This document shows positions 1 to 12,330 of a DNA stretch of 64,000 nucleotides, one piece after another. The number at the start of each line of letters is the position of its first letter. Position 1 is the stretch's first letter. This stretch comes from Eledone cirrhosa (lineage: Eukaryota), in the NCBI GenBank assembly GCA_964016885.1, contig OZ024743.1:220472001-220536000 (forward strand), read 5' to 3'. The notes beneath the pieces are model-generated. The model saw nothing but the letters and a program-made list of their open reading frames with translations, searched no databases and was not told the DNA's origin. The translations under genes were made by a program, and so were the position numbers.

Positions 1-1864
1 TTCTTGACATTTTCATATAGAATCCTTCACGTTTACTACTTTTGTATTTCTTGGGCATTGATTTATTGGTTAATACTTGATTTTCGTAGTTACAATTGCC
101 TTCTTTAATAGTTCTACCACGCTAATGTATATTATTGTTATATTTGAGGAGGGTCATGTTGTTGTAATATTTCCAAAATAATGATAAAACACACCCACTG
201 TTTGGTTTGGTTTCGCTTCAATATATCTTTATATTTTTATACATAATTTAGCTGGCAATCTATGTTTATCATTGATTGATCAACAGTTAAAAATATAAAT
301 ATAGATATAATTTCTCATAGTTCTTTCGTCACACATTTTTCTGTGACATCTTCAGCGATTTCCTTCTGTTGTGTTTCTATAACGATTTTTTTAATTTCTA
401 TTATTATTCTTTTACTCTTTTACTGGTTTCAGTCGTTAGATTACGGCTATGTAAGGGTGACACCTTGATTCAGTAGCTCAGTACTTATCTTTTCAAGGCT
501 GGTAATTACTTCTATAGATTTCTCATTTTGCGAACTGTTATGTTACAGGACATAAACACATACACACATCAGACCTGCCATCCTCTAAAAACTCAAACAG
601 GGAGTACCATGAAAAAAAGTGCCCCAAACGGGGCGAAATGGGGCAAAATGGGAAGATTTTACATAATGAAAGCTATACCCATTTTCACAAGAGAAGACAT
701 CTCTCACCCACCCCAAAGTGGGTGGGAGATCTCCCCGTCGGACGGGGAGAGTTGACAGGTGCACACACCCACCCACACACACACACGCGCGACAGGCGTC
801 TTTAGTTTTCATCTACCAAATTCCACTCGCATGGCAGTAGTCAATACGAAGATACAACAGAAGCTACTTGCCCAAGGTACCACGCGACACGAGTGAACTG
901 CATATTGTGACTGTCCATTTTTATCATTTTTTTTTCTTCGTATGGATGGCAGAATGGTTAGCGTGCTGAATACTTAGTGATATTTAGCTTTTCCTTCTTC
1001 TGCTGTTGATAAGATAAAATACCTGTAAATTACATGCTATAGCTGTTACCATGAGACGAGGAAGTTATTACTTTAAACATAATGAAATTTCATTCAATTG
1101 AATACATATGAGCAAACAGTTTAGTAGTTCTTAACAGTCATGTCTCTGTACAAGAAACAACTTTTAGATTCATTCCCTCATATACACACATAATATGCAC
1201 CATGCTCGAACACAAAAGAACAAAACTTCCACTGTCACTACCCCCGTTTCTCCCCGAGGTCGATATCACCGACTTTCTCATCCACACAAATTGCTGGCCT
1301 TGTACTTAAATTAGGAATCCTTTGTTTTTTTCTTCTTTTTTTCTACTTTCATGAATAATAGTTATTGATGTGAAAGTATTCTTGTAAGATGAACGAAAAC
1401 AGAGGATAGACCGGAAATCTACTTTCGGACATTTGCTAATTATATTTCCTTTATCTCTGGTTACTGAAGTAAACTTATTGCTAGCTATTGACTATCTCCT
1501 AAATAGATCTCCAATGTTTTTCTCAGTATTTTGAAATGTTAACAATGCTTGTATCATTATTTTATTTTAATATATTTTTAAAACGTAGAAATTTCGCAAT
1601 GTTATTTCAAGCCCCTCCCCGACTCTATTTATCACATTCAACGAACACAATCAATTCTTGTTTTAGTTTTAATTCTTTTTTTTTTGGGCAAGAATTGTGA
1701 TGCTCTTTATTTGTTAGATTAGAAAATGTGTTTGTCATTGGTTAGAAAAAAAGACCAAACGTATTGCGTTTATAAAAGCGTTATGTATGTTGTTTAAGTT
1801 GTCGTATCCTCCCAAACAATGCAGCAGTGCGGGTAATATTTTCATTATATTTTTGTCAGCACAA

Positions 1865-2086
1865 GGGCGGTGGATTGGCAGAATCAGTAGAGCGTCAGAC
1901 AACATGCTTAGTGGCATAAAGTTACGGCCCTTTACATTCTGAATTCAAATCCCACCGATGTTAGCTTTGCCCTTCATCCTTTAGAGGTCGATAAAATAAA
2001 TTACCAGTCACACACTGGGGTCGATCTAATCGACTTCACCCTACACCCAACATTGCTGGCCTTGTGCTTGAATCAGAAACCATTAT
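1865..2086 (+). mobile_element. tRNA-derived SINE (Nin-domain-like core), copy 1 of tandem pair
   Basis: A-box-like GGATTGGCAGAATCAGTAG, B-box-like GAATTCAAATCC and core GCCCTTCATCCTTTAGAGGTCGATAAAATAAA. More than 12 related copies occur in the window. Flanked by a CATTATATTTTTGTCAGCA duplication. Confidence 0.85.
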
Positions 2087-2102
2087 ATTTTTGTCAGCAT
2101 AA

Positions 2103-2322
2103 GGGCGGTGGATTGGCAGAATCGGTAGAGCGTCAGACACCATGCTTTGCAGCATAGAGTTACGACCCTTTACGTTCTGAGTTCAAATTCCGCCGAGCTT
2201 AGCTTTGCCTGTCATCCTTACGGGGTTGATAAAATAAAGTTACAGTAATGCACGGGGTCGATTTAGTCGACTTTCCCTTCCCCAAAATTGTTGGCCTTGT
2301 GTCTAAATCAGAAACTATTATT
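2103..2322 (+). mobile_element. tRNA-derived SINE, copy 2 of tandem pair
   Basis: Same family as 1865-2086; (ATT)n-like tail. Confidence 0.85.
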
Positions 2323-3544
2323 AATATTTTTAGCTTTTGGTTTGTGCAGACGTTATTGTAGGCTCCCGTAAGTTTGTTATTTTTACATATTTAAATCGTT
2401 GTGTACTTGAAATTTCTTGTTACAAAGGGGACATAAGACATCAGTGTTTGCTCTAAAAAAGGGAGACCCAAATATTTGAACTTTACAATTTGAATTTACG
2501 CACACAAAATGTTTTTAAAAAAATGAAAGCAGAGCAGCGAGAAAATCATGGCAGGCGTCAGCGACGCGGATAAGTGTCCAAGGGTTGACAATAGCGTCAG
2601 TACCTCCACCCTAGCACTGTTACTAACCATCATAGACTTCACCAACAATTCCACCGTCGCCAGCAAATGCAAAGATGCCACCAAGAGCAGCAGAACTACT
2701 ACTACCACCACCACCACCACCACCACCACCAACAGCAACACTAAGAATAATAAAAGCCTTTTAAGGGGATTCCCAACTAAGCTCTCCCTCTCCCAAGCAC
2801 ACTCAATCACTCACACACTTACACTACAACACCCATCTGAGTCAAATGTCACACAGATAACTCCTCTTCTCGCAGCGAGGAAGAGAGGGGATCTCAAGAG
2901 CCCAAGACACTAAAAAAAAAAAAAAGAAACATTAAATATACCCCAATCCATACTGTACAATTCCAACAGACACTCTAGAAAAGCCGCACACATCTGCCTG
3001 GAAACAGGTAGCACGCACCCGTCTCGGTCCATCGTTTCGGCTTTTCGGCAGCACTTCAGAGAGTGAAGCAGCGTTTTAATTTGATTTAGATTTCGCAAGA
3101 AATACGATAGATTTTATTTTGCCTACAGCACAGCCAAAAAAAGTTTTAAACTTCCTCTTGGCCATAATCAATGGATTCTATAATTTTTTAGACTTTCACT
3201 CCTTAATTCATGTCATATTCTCAATTTCACCGACTTAAAGACTTACGCTCTAGCATAACACTGTGTGTTGGTGTCCGGGTTTGTTTGTGTCCCGTAGTTG
3301 AGCAGTTCCACAATAGTGATCGATAAAGTAATTACCAGACTTGAAAAAATAAGTAGTGGGTCTATAGAATCGACTATATCTCTTCAAAACGGCACTGAAG
3401 CATTGTCGCTGTCTAATGACTGGAAACAGCTAAAGAATTAAAAAATAAGTACTAGTAAAATGCTGATATTGATTAGAGAAAATCCGCACCGCTCATCACG
3501 AATTTATGGTCGTGTGCCTACCCAATTATATCTGTTTTTAATTT

Positions 3545-4490
3545 AAGCCCACAGCCAGCAACTTGGGGAGAGGGGAAATTCGATTAAATTGACTCCATAA
3601 CTTGACTGGTATATTGTTTTATCGACAGCGGAATGATAACTAGCTAAGTATACCGGAAGAAGATTTCACTTCAGAACTTAAGGGGCTCTAAAGACCACCA
3701 AACATTTTGTCCAGCGCTCTAACGATTCTGTTAATCCACTAACTTAAATACAATAATAATTTCTAATTGAGACACAAGACTAGTAATTTTGGGGGAGTTG
3801 AATGGAGGGGTGGAGAATAAATCAATTATATTGTATGTAGAGCTTGGCTGCTACCATAGTTTATTGTCACCGATAGAACGAAAGGCAAATTGATAGCGAA
3901 ATTTTACCTCAGAACGTAAAGAGCCCTAACAAGGCCAACAATTAATGGGGCTTGGAAAGTCGATTATATCGACTCCAGTGCTTGATGGTATTTTATTCTA
4001 TCAACCCTGGAAAAAGACAAAAATGAAACAAATATTGCTAATTATTATCCAACGCTCTACCGACTCTGCCAATCCACTACCAAACTAAATAAGGGTTTTT
4101 AATTTAGGCAAAAGGATAGCAAATTGTAGGGGTGGTGAATGTTGACTATATTGAATCCAGTTGACCTCGGCGGTATTTGAACTGAGAATATAAAGAACCG
4201 TAACATAAGATGCAAAGCCATTTGTCTGATAGTCTAATGGTTCTGACAGTTCGCCGCCTGCTAATATAATAATTGTTTTTACTTTAGGCACAAGGACAGC
4301 AATTTGAAGAGGGGGGGAAAGTCGAATAAATCGATCCCAGTGCATTACTGGTATTTATTTTATCGACCTCGTAAGGATGAAAGCCAAAGTTAACCTTGGT
4401 GGGATTTGAACTCAGAACATAAAGAACCGTAACTAAATGATGTAAAGCCATTTGTCCGATAGTCTAATGGTTCTGACAGTTTGCCGCCTG
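3545..4490 (-). mobile_element. Cluster of about 4 degenerate to intact minus-strand copies of the same SINE
   Basis: Best copy is 4272-4490 (TTTTATCGACCTCGTAAGGATGAAAGCCAAAG...GGATTTGAACTCAG). A partial tandem copy lies at 4097-4260 and older pieces at 3545-4085. Confidence 0.75.
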
Positions 4491-5407
4491 CTAATATAAT
4501 AATAAATCATTATTACGTAGTGTTGAAGTAAATTATTTGCTAAAGGAATATGCTGTCCAAGTTTATCTCTTACATTTGTGCATACTTATATTGTAATTTT
4601 GTGTGTGTATGTATGTGCATATCTGCATATTTGTCTCTGTGTACATCTGTACGTGTGTGCGAATATTACGTCAATGTGGTGAATATTACATATATGTGGT
4701 TTTGAAGTAATATCTTAGTTGAAGCATTGAAGATTAATGAGCTTCGCTAAAGGTTAAAGTCCATCTCGTAGTTTACAACTGCCAGTTGACGATAACTCTT
4801 CCACGTAGCGCTGCCTTCTACGAGAGCTAGTTCAACCATAGTGATATTGATACTCAAGAAACACGGCAATCATTTCTATTGAAAAGTCAAGTCCCGAATC
4901 TTGTTGAAACCTAATGAATGAGATCATTAACGCGCAGAGAGGCCTTTTCGAAGAAGAAATGATAATTTCTAAATTCTATGGTTATTGACGGACACATCCG
5001 GAAACTCAATAAATAATTCACAGAGGAACGGAACGTGCTACTCTTGAAGTTATTATTGTTGATGTAGTTGTTATAGTCGTCGTTGTTGTTGCTGCTGTTG
5101 TTGGTATTCTGTATCACTTCTTCGTTTATTCCTTATATAGCTTTGTCCACCAAATCTTTGCTCATAGAAGAAGTGACATTTGAACTGGGAGATGTACTAT
5201 CTATGCCCTCCACCCACACCATACCACCAAATAAAAATAAGATTCAAATTTCTTATATCAGCACAAGGTCATATATTCGTCAAGCAATGATATAATCGAT
5301 TGCATAGGTTTAAGACATGTCTGGTTCTTATTATTTCGGCCCTTGCAAAAAATGAAAGTCAATCCTGGCGTGAGATGAACTCCCAATGAGACGGAAATAA
5401 ATACTCA

Positions 5408-5605
5408 CAAGGGTTGGCTGAAATGTTTATAGGCTGGCCAAGATACACTCATGGAATGACCAAATGAGGTTTATTTTTCAACATAGTCTCTGAAAAGAAA
5501 CAATGCAATTATTGATAAAAAGAGCTGCAATTAATGCATGCAAGATTTCACAGCCCTAGCATCATTCCTTCATAGTCAGCCTATGAACCTTTTAGCCGAT
5601 CCTCG
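5408..5605. mobile_element. Mariner-type MITE
   Basis: Imperfect TIRs: CAAGGGTTGGCTGAAATGTTTATAGGCTGGC ... GTCAGCCTATGAACCTTTTAGCCGATCCTCG. Confidence 0.7.
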
Positions 5606-6887
5606 CTTATACCAAATTTTCTACATCTGCTGAAAGTTGCCGTCACGTAAAGGAAGGATAACCGAGTCTAGAGGGAAAAACTCACGCGCACCTATTTTTG
5701 GCAAGGAAGGGTGAGTAATCTTCTTCTGTCTGATGGTTATGATGATGGATGTTGTGTGGTAGGTGCAGTTAAAATATTTGAAGACAATTTTTCCCTTCAG
5801 GCCAAGCCCTCATCAACCTTTTACAGTATCACAAGAAGAGGAGGTTAAGAATAAATAAGGGGTTGGTGTCCTCTGCTAAATACTTTAAAAGTTGGTTGGG
5901 TGGAGTGAAAATAACGTGGGGGAAATCAGCCTACATTAACTATAAAATTATAGCTTGGTAGCAAGAACTGAGTTGCTTGTAGTGTGCTACAGATGACAAA
6001 ATGTGGTTTTAATTCATCTCTTCCAGATCTCAACGAGACTCCTTTCAAGGATGAGGTAAATATGGGTGGTCTATAACGTTCGGGTTTAGTTGGTCAAAAT
6101 CCTTTTAGGTCAGCGTAGCTTTAGTAATCAGTTTCACGCGCGAGCTTTAACAAATCTGTTTGGCATCTGTATCAAACACTTGTAGAAGAATACGACATCA
6201 GATACACACTCACACATGCGCTCACATATTTAAATGCATAGTAATACCAGATACAACAATGATAAGAACACCCTCCCCTCCCCCCAAATAAAACGGTCAA
6301 GGAAACATCATTGGAAAGGTTACCACTGTATGGTGTATTACGTTAATGAATTAATTAAATAATCAACAACAAATAAAAGTGTAGTACAATCACTACCAGG
6401 GGTTTCATTTGTAGAATGATGTCACCCCCAAATACAACAAAATAAAACAATGCATGCGCGTGTGGGCGTAAAGTCCCCTCCCCCGATACACTCAAAAATA
6501 TGTATGAATTGAAGGTGTTTCCCGCGACATATTTATATGTATACACTTCGTTGCAGAGCGCTTCAGTCAGACATTTCGCTTCTAGCTTTTCTTCACACAC
6601 GTAATCAGCACAGTTTGTTTTAACATTATGTAACAATTCTACGTTTAGTCAACTTACTGAGTAAATACAGTTGACTGAAAAGATCAAATGAGATCAAATC
6701 ATGTTCACTGCTTTCACCAGGTTGGCTTATAGACATAATCTATTCTCAATGAATTGTCTTAATCTGTCCCCAACAATTTGGATCAGCTCGGACTATAGGA
6801 GTTCTCTCCCTTCGAGAGTACCTTACAAGTTATACGTCAGTTTGCTCTGTATTTTATACAATATAGCACCCCTCATATACATATATA

Positions 6888-7535
6888 CAGTGAATCTTCG
6901 CTTATCCGGACGGTCAAAACCAAACAGTTAGAAAAAGATCCGGTTAAGTGAAATATCCGGATAAGCGAATTCTAAAATCCCATTGTTACATAATGCTCGT
7001 GGTTTCTAATATTTTGGCTTCTTTTAGTCAAAATAAAAGACAAATGCTAAGTAAAGAAAGTTTATTAGAATAACAAAAGAACAGCTAGAATTTATAAGAA
7101 AATTAATTAAACAAATATAAGAATAACTAAAAACTTGATAAAACTGAATTGAGTCAAACCATAAAAAGTTAGTACTTTTTTAAAAATGAATAAATAGAAG
7201 ATTGTTTTCGCGCCGAAGCTCGTCGTTCCGCTCCCATTTCCACGCAACAGCTGAACGGTCAACCACCTCCCTCATGTTTATCACACGTAAAAATGGAATA
7301 ATTCCCGTGTCCCCTTTTCCGATCAAATCCCGCAGCAATTGTTTTCTGTAAATCCGCTTTAGTGTCTCCAAAACTCCCTGGCTGAATAAGTGACGTAACG
7401 TTCGCCGGAAGAAATGCTGCCCGAATCTGTCCGTCTGCCTAAATAAAGTCTTCCTCATCCGGAGGTAGTATAGAAATAGCCGTCCGGTAAATCGAATTTC
7501 GGGAAAGCGATATCCGGATAAGCGAAGATGCACTG
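6888..7535 (-). mobile_element. Internally deleted pogo/Tigger transposon
   Basis: 23-bp TIRs CAGTG(A/C)ATCTTCGCTTATCCGGA with TA on both flanks. Internal remnant QGVLETLKRIYRKQLL...SAVAW matches the post-catalytic (QPMDQG) region of pogo DDE transposases. Confidence 0.85.
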
Positions 7536-7585
<50 letters not shown>

Positions 7586-7590
<5 letters not shown>

Positions 7591-7960
7591 ACTAGAAATT
7601 GATTGACATATAAATATATCTAAAATAAATATGAAACAATCACGGGGGATAATTTGTAAGCACACATAACTAGGTAGGTAACGAAATAAAGGTTAACTAG
7701 AACTTCAAAAATAGATACCTTATACATTTTGAAGTCCTAGTTAAACTTTATTTAGTTACCTACCAAGCTATGTGTGCTAAAACACTTTTACAAATTATCC
7801 CCCGTGATTGTTTCATATTTATTTTAGATATATTTATATGTCAATCAATTTCTAGTTGATATAAAATGCTCGGATCTATTCATTAGAATCTTGGAGCATC
7901 TTTTACGGGTGATATGGCACATGTCTCTCTGACATGATACCCTTAATTTATCTTAATTTT

Positions 7961-7962
<2 letters not shown>
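7586..7962 (+). repeat. Inverted repeat (about 125-bp arms) plus tail between (TA)n tracts; probable truncated PLE 3' end
   Basis: 7586-7712 is an imperfect reverse complement of 7728-7863. Same layout as the HHR-bearing elements, but no HHR core is retained. Confidence 0.55.
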
Positions 7963-7995
<33 letters not shown>

Positions 7996-7998
<3 letters not shown>

Positions 7999-9093
7999 GA
8001 TATAGATATCCCAGTAGGTACTAGGTACCCACGGAAATATATATGGTGTCTATAATAGTGGTTGTTCTATGGTACTAATTACCAGAACTGTAAATATGAG
8101 CGAAACAAGTAAACATTAAACAATCTTTTAAATAAATTAAAATACGTTTTAAATATTTACCTCTTCTAGTGCCATGACCGACGGTTTCGCTTATCAAAAG
8201 ATTGGAAATTCAGAGAATTTCCCATGGAAAGATATAGCTCTTCAGATAGCTTTTCCAAATCTACTAGACATAAGTCCGTATAGATGTAGATATATCACCA
8301 TCTGCCCAGTCAATGAATCAAGTCGTTAAAATGACCCACACACTTATTGGACCGTTAGAAAAAGCTGGAATTATAGACTCGGTGATATTTCATGCTGCTA
8401 GAAATAGCAGCATGATACAGCATATTTTTTCTCTACATTAAGGAGAATTAGATAAATGATATAGATATCCCAGTAGGTACTAGGTACCCACGGAAATATA
8501 TATGGTGTCTATAATAGTGGTTGTTCTATGGTACTAATTTGAGATACCAGAACTGTAAATATGAGCGGAACAAGTAAACATTAAACAATCTTTTAAATAA
8601 ATTAAAATACGATTTAAATATTTACCTCTTCTAGTTCCATGACCGACGGTTTCGCTTATCAAAAGATTGGAAATTCAGAGAATTTCCCATGGAAAGATAT
8701 AGATCTTCAGATAGCTTTTTCAAATCTACTAGACATAAGTCCGTATAGATGTAGATATATCACCCTCTGTCCAGTCAATGAATCAAGCCGTTAAAATGAC
8801 CCACACACTTATTGGACCGTTAGAAAAAGCTGGAATTATAGACTCGGTGATATTTCATGCTGCTAGAAATAGCAGCATGATACAGCATATTTTTTTTCTC
8901 TACATTAAGGAGAATTAGATAAATGATATAGATATCCCAGTAGGTACTCTGAAGAGCTATATCTTTCCATTGGACATTCTCTGAATTTCCAATCTTTTGA
9001 TAAGGGAAACCGTCGGTCATGACACTAGAAGAGGTAAATATTTAAATCGTATTTTAATTTATTTAAAAGATTGTTTAATGTTTACTTGTTCCG

Positions 9094-9097
<4 letters not shown>
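7996..9097 (-). mobile_element. Non-coding PLE/retrozyme-like insertion: two ~465-bp tandem units plus an inverted partial unit
   Basis: Direct repeats 7996-8453 and 8454-8948, inverted piece 8949-9097. Each contains an HHR. (TA)n on both flanks. Confidence 0.8.
8171..8250 (-). ncRNA. Type I hammerhead ribozyme with long stem II
   Basis: Minus strand reads GCTAT-CTGAAGA-GC[long insert]GC-GAAA-CCGTCGG-TC-ATGGC. Stem I GCTAT/ATGGC, stem III ACCG/CGGT, GUC triplet. Further copies at 8636-8715 (-) and 8949-9022 (+). Confidence 0.8.
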
Positions 9098-9153
<56 letters not shown>

Positions 9154-9249
9154 CATGCATGTATGTATGTATGTATGCATGTATGTATGTATGTATGTAT
9201 GTATGTATGTATGTATGTATGTATGTATGTATATATATATATATATACA

Positions 9250-9372
9250 TGTTAAATGGATAAACAACACACCAAAACGATACAGTACAACGAAGATATA
9301 TATTAGTTTAACGCTTGATATTGTAGGAAAAGGGTCTTAATGCTTCGGAAGTTAGTCCTTCGTCACAAGATA
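9250..9372 (-). mobile_element. PLE pseudo-LTR 3' fragment with decayed HHR (family of 21490-21630)
   Basis: Reverse complement TCTT-GTGACGA-AGGACTAACTTCC-GAAGCATT-AAGACCC...TCAAGCGTTAAAC aligns to 21506-21625. Confidence 0.65.
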
Positions 9373-9384
9373 GAATAAGATATT

Positions 9385-9902
9385 AAATTGTGAACAGGAA
9401 GCACGTGCCCATTTTGGAGACATGGGTCAGAATGTATCTTAGATATTAGACCGGTTTTGAAAGGTAGAATTTTGAGACCACCATGAGATCTTGAGGTAGA
9501 AGTGCAAGCATTGTTGGTAGAAAAGGTGATGGCGCTGGATTTGTCGACAGTATGTTGTCCATGTCTTACATCCATACAGCAAAGCTGTAATCATATATGT
9601 TTGGTAAACTTCAACTTTCGTGCCCACACTGATATCTGAATCTAACCACAGGCACTTCTCCAGCTTAACAAAAGCATCGGGAAATTTAGACAGCCGCTAG
9701 CTGACCTCTTCACGAAGTGTGTTGGTTCTGGAGAGAATACTGTCCAGGTAGACGAATTTATCTAAAACTTTCATTATTTTCTGTTTGACAGATATGGATG
9801 GTGGAATATATGGATTTCGTTGTGCATCTCTTTTTCAGTCTGATTGTCATCCCAGAGTCATCACGCACTGACGAGAAGCAGTCCATCAGAATTTGAAGGT
9901 TA
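9385..9902 (-). pseudogene. RTE-clade LINE reverse transcriptase C-terminal fragment (downstream part)
   Basis: LQILMDCFS...GMTI...TKVEVYQTYMITALLYGCKTWT resembles RTE thumb motifs. Frameshifted; continues at 11912-11970. Confidence 0.8.
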
Positions 9903-11911
9903 TGTAGCAGTTGCCTCCCTTGTTGTGACTCACAACCCCAATAGATTAACAACATCTAGACGGGAAGTAGAACCCTTTCTATAACTTCCGGTCAGAACCC
10001 TATAAAACTAACAACTTTAAGTTCTCACACTCTCATTTGCCCTTCCGGTGCCTGGCCTTCGCCAGGCGTCTTCTGCCAGCCTGCGTTTGCCTGGCAATCA
10101 AAACAGTAACTACTAACTTTGCTTCATTCTTTCGTTTATTCATTGACATGTCAACTATACTGTTAAATTGTTGATTAAATATTATACACACAAACCATAT
10201 CTCCTTGTTACATTCATACACGCGAGTACTCCGCTATATTGGTGACCCCGACGTGATACGAACACGCAGCCGTTCATTGTTATAAGTGGTCACCCCGAAA
10301 AAAGAAAAAAATAGCAGAATCTGGTGTTGTGTGAGTAACATTACGAATACACAGTAAATTTTATTGACAAACTATGAAAATACGCAGTCAAAGAAACGCA
10401 CATGTGAAATTTTCGCACAGACAGACTTTTTCTCTCACGCATCAACTAACTGTCGCATTTCACGATATATATATATATGTTTCTCGTTCTTACAACGAAC
10501 ACTTTCAAAACAAAAAAAACAAAAATTTGATATTTAAAAAAAAACAACATTTCAACAGGAACATTTATTTTCGATGAACCTTTGCCTTTTTTTTTTCATC
10601 GTTTTCTTCATCGTTCAAGTTTTTTTTCAAAGTTCACACCAATAATTATGTTAAGTGAAGCCTTTCTTTTTCATCATTGTCACTTTCACACATTTTTTTC
10701 AAAATTGCTGCCAACGACCTGTTGCACTATCATTTTCTCACGCGTTAGAAATATTATTTTTTTCAACCTAACTTAACCTTGTATTGGCACGTCTAGGCAG
10801 CACAAATTCTCAACTCACGGAGATATCTCGACTCACAGAGATAGCCGCACGCCAGAGATAACGTTTCTCGCCAAGGATTCTTCAGCCTTAAGCTATATTC
10901 TCCTATTTGCCGGTTTAAAAATTTACCACGTAAATTTGCCGTTGAAAACTGCGCATTTATTCAGAATGCTTATTTCTTTGGTCGCTGGCCTCTTGACCAT
11001 TCCAGGTCAACGCATTCTCAACATCGACCATCAACTTCGGCTGTTATTTCTAGCACTTTGCGCAACTCATTTTTTCTGAAAAAAATTTTTTTTACTGTGA
11101 ATTTAAACACCGAATACGCTCACTCCGCGAGAGAACATCAACAGCAACACAGCTTCACCAACAACCAAAACCAGCAGAACAAGCCAGAGAATTTATTTTT
11201 GCAACACTCTTCCTGTGAGAAAATCCATTCGGAGGTTGGAAATTTCACGATATACCACAGAACAGAAACCACCTGCATTCATTCTCTGGAACACACTTTC
11301 TTTCCTGCTGTCATGTGATTGCACACCTGTGAACTATATTTTGTACATTTGAACTTTGAGCTCTTTATTACATTGTATCTTTGGGTGATGGATAGATAGA
11401 TGGATAGATAGATGTCCAGTCGTTATTTGGCCAAGAGCGGTTGGCTACCTTGACATCTATCATTGATTTTTGCAAACATTCTTTTGTCGTAATTTTCATG
11501 CCTATTACAACATTCTCGCCAACTTGCTACATATTTCATTCGATTTTTATATTCTAAAATTCTGGCGGGAGGTTATGTAGCAGTTGCCTCCCTTGTTGTG
11601 ACTCACAACCCCAATAGATTAACAACATCTAGACGGGAAGTAGAACCCTTTCTGTAACTTCCGGTCAGAACCCTATAAAACTAACAACTTTAAGTTCTCA
11701 CTCTCTCATTTGCCCTTCCGGCGCCTGGCCTTCGCCAGGCGTCTTCTGCCAGCCTGCGTTTGCCTGGCAATCAAAACGGTAACTACTAACTTTGCTTCAT
11801 TCTTTCGTTTATTCATTGACATGTCAACTATACTGTTAAATTGTTGATTAAATATTATACACACAAACCATGTCTCCTTGTTACATTCATACACGCGAGT
11901 ACTCCGCTATA
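9903..11911 (+). mobile_element. Non-autonomous LTR retrotransposon (probably Ty3/gypsy-derived)
   Basis: 336-bp LTRs at 9903-10238 and 11576-11911 with about 5 differences and TGTAGC...GCTATA ends. 4-bp TSD GTTA, tRNA-Trp PBS at 10240, purine-rich tract GGCGGGAGG before the 3' LTR. No recognisable gag or pol in the 1.34-kb interior. Confidence 0.93.
10240..10271 (+). promoter_or_regulatory. tRNA-Trp primer-binding site, extended
   Basis: TGGTGACCCCGACGTGAT is the complement of the 3' 18 nt of metazoan tRNA-Trp. It continues A-CGAACACGCAGCC through the T-arm. Confidence 0.9.
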
Positions 11912-11970
11912 GTTATTTTCAGTGTGGCTAACAAAGACACAATCGTCTGCATAAAGAAGGTCACATGCAT
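11912..11970 (-). pseudogene. RTE RT fragment with YADD motif (upstream part of the interrupted LINE)
   Basis: Reads DLLYADDCVFVSHTENN. Removing the LTR element and one GTTA restores the frame ...TENN-LQILMD. Confidence 0.85.
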
Positions 11971-12011
11971 ACATATATAAACATATACACATATATACAT
12001 ACATACATACA

Positions 12012-12330
12012 TGATGGCTACCCCCTCGTTATCGAGTATGGCCATTGCACGATATACCATTATTAATAATTATTAATTAATTCTATCGTGTAATGCCTGT
12101 GCGTGAAGATATTTTTTAAAGTGAGGAAAGACTGTGCACTGAGACAATCCCACTCTCTGAGCGACAGTAGCTATAACCCGGTAACTACTGAGCCGCAGGT
12201 TTTATATCGGAGTTATCCCAGTTTCCCGAGTTGCCTTCTCCTAGAAGAATGCCCTGACAAAGTCTAGGGGTCCTTCACTCCCAGTGGTTTAACCGCGCGA
12301 TCAGGTGTCCAGTCCGACTATTTCTATTTG
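12012..12330 (-). mobile_element. Short bipartite RTE-derived non-autonomous element
   Basis: Minus strand has CTAGGAGAAGG...CCGATATAAAACCTGC, shared with 35698-35731. It ends in GGCCATACTCGATAACGAG...GCCATCAT(GTAT)n, like the RTE 3' end at 35048-35085. Confidence 0.6.

Noticed and set aside
4740-5210. Asn/Thr-rich possible coding exon
   Set aside because: All frames are short, with no recognisable domain or clear splice pair.
10033-10221. Duplicated 62-aa ORF (also 11706-11894)
   Set aside because: Lies antisense within the two LTRs.
10240-10275. tRNA-Trp gene
   Set aside because: Only the 3' 32 nt are present, in antisense and including CCA, next to an LTR, so it is a PBS.
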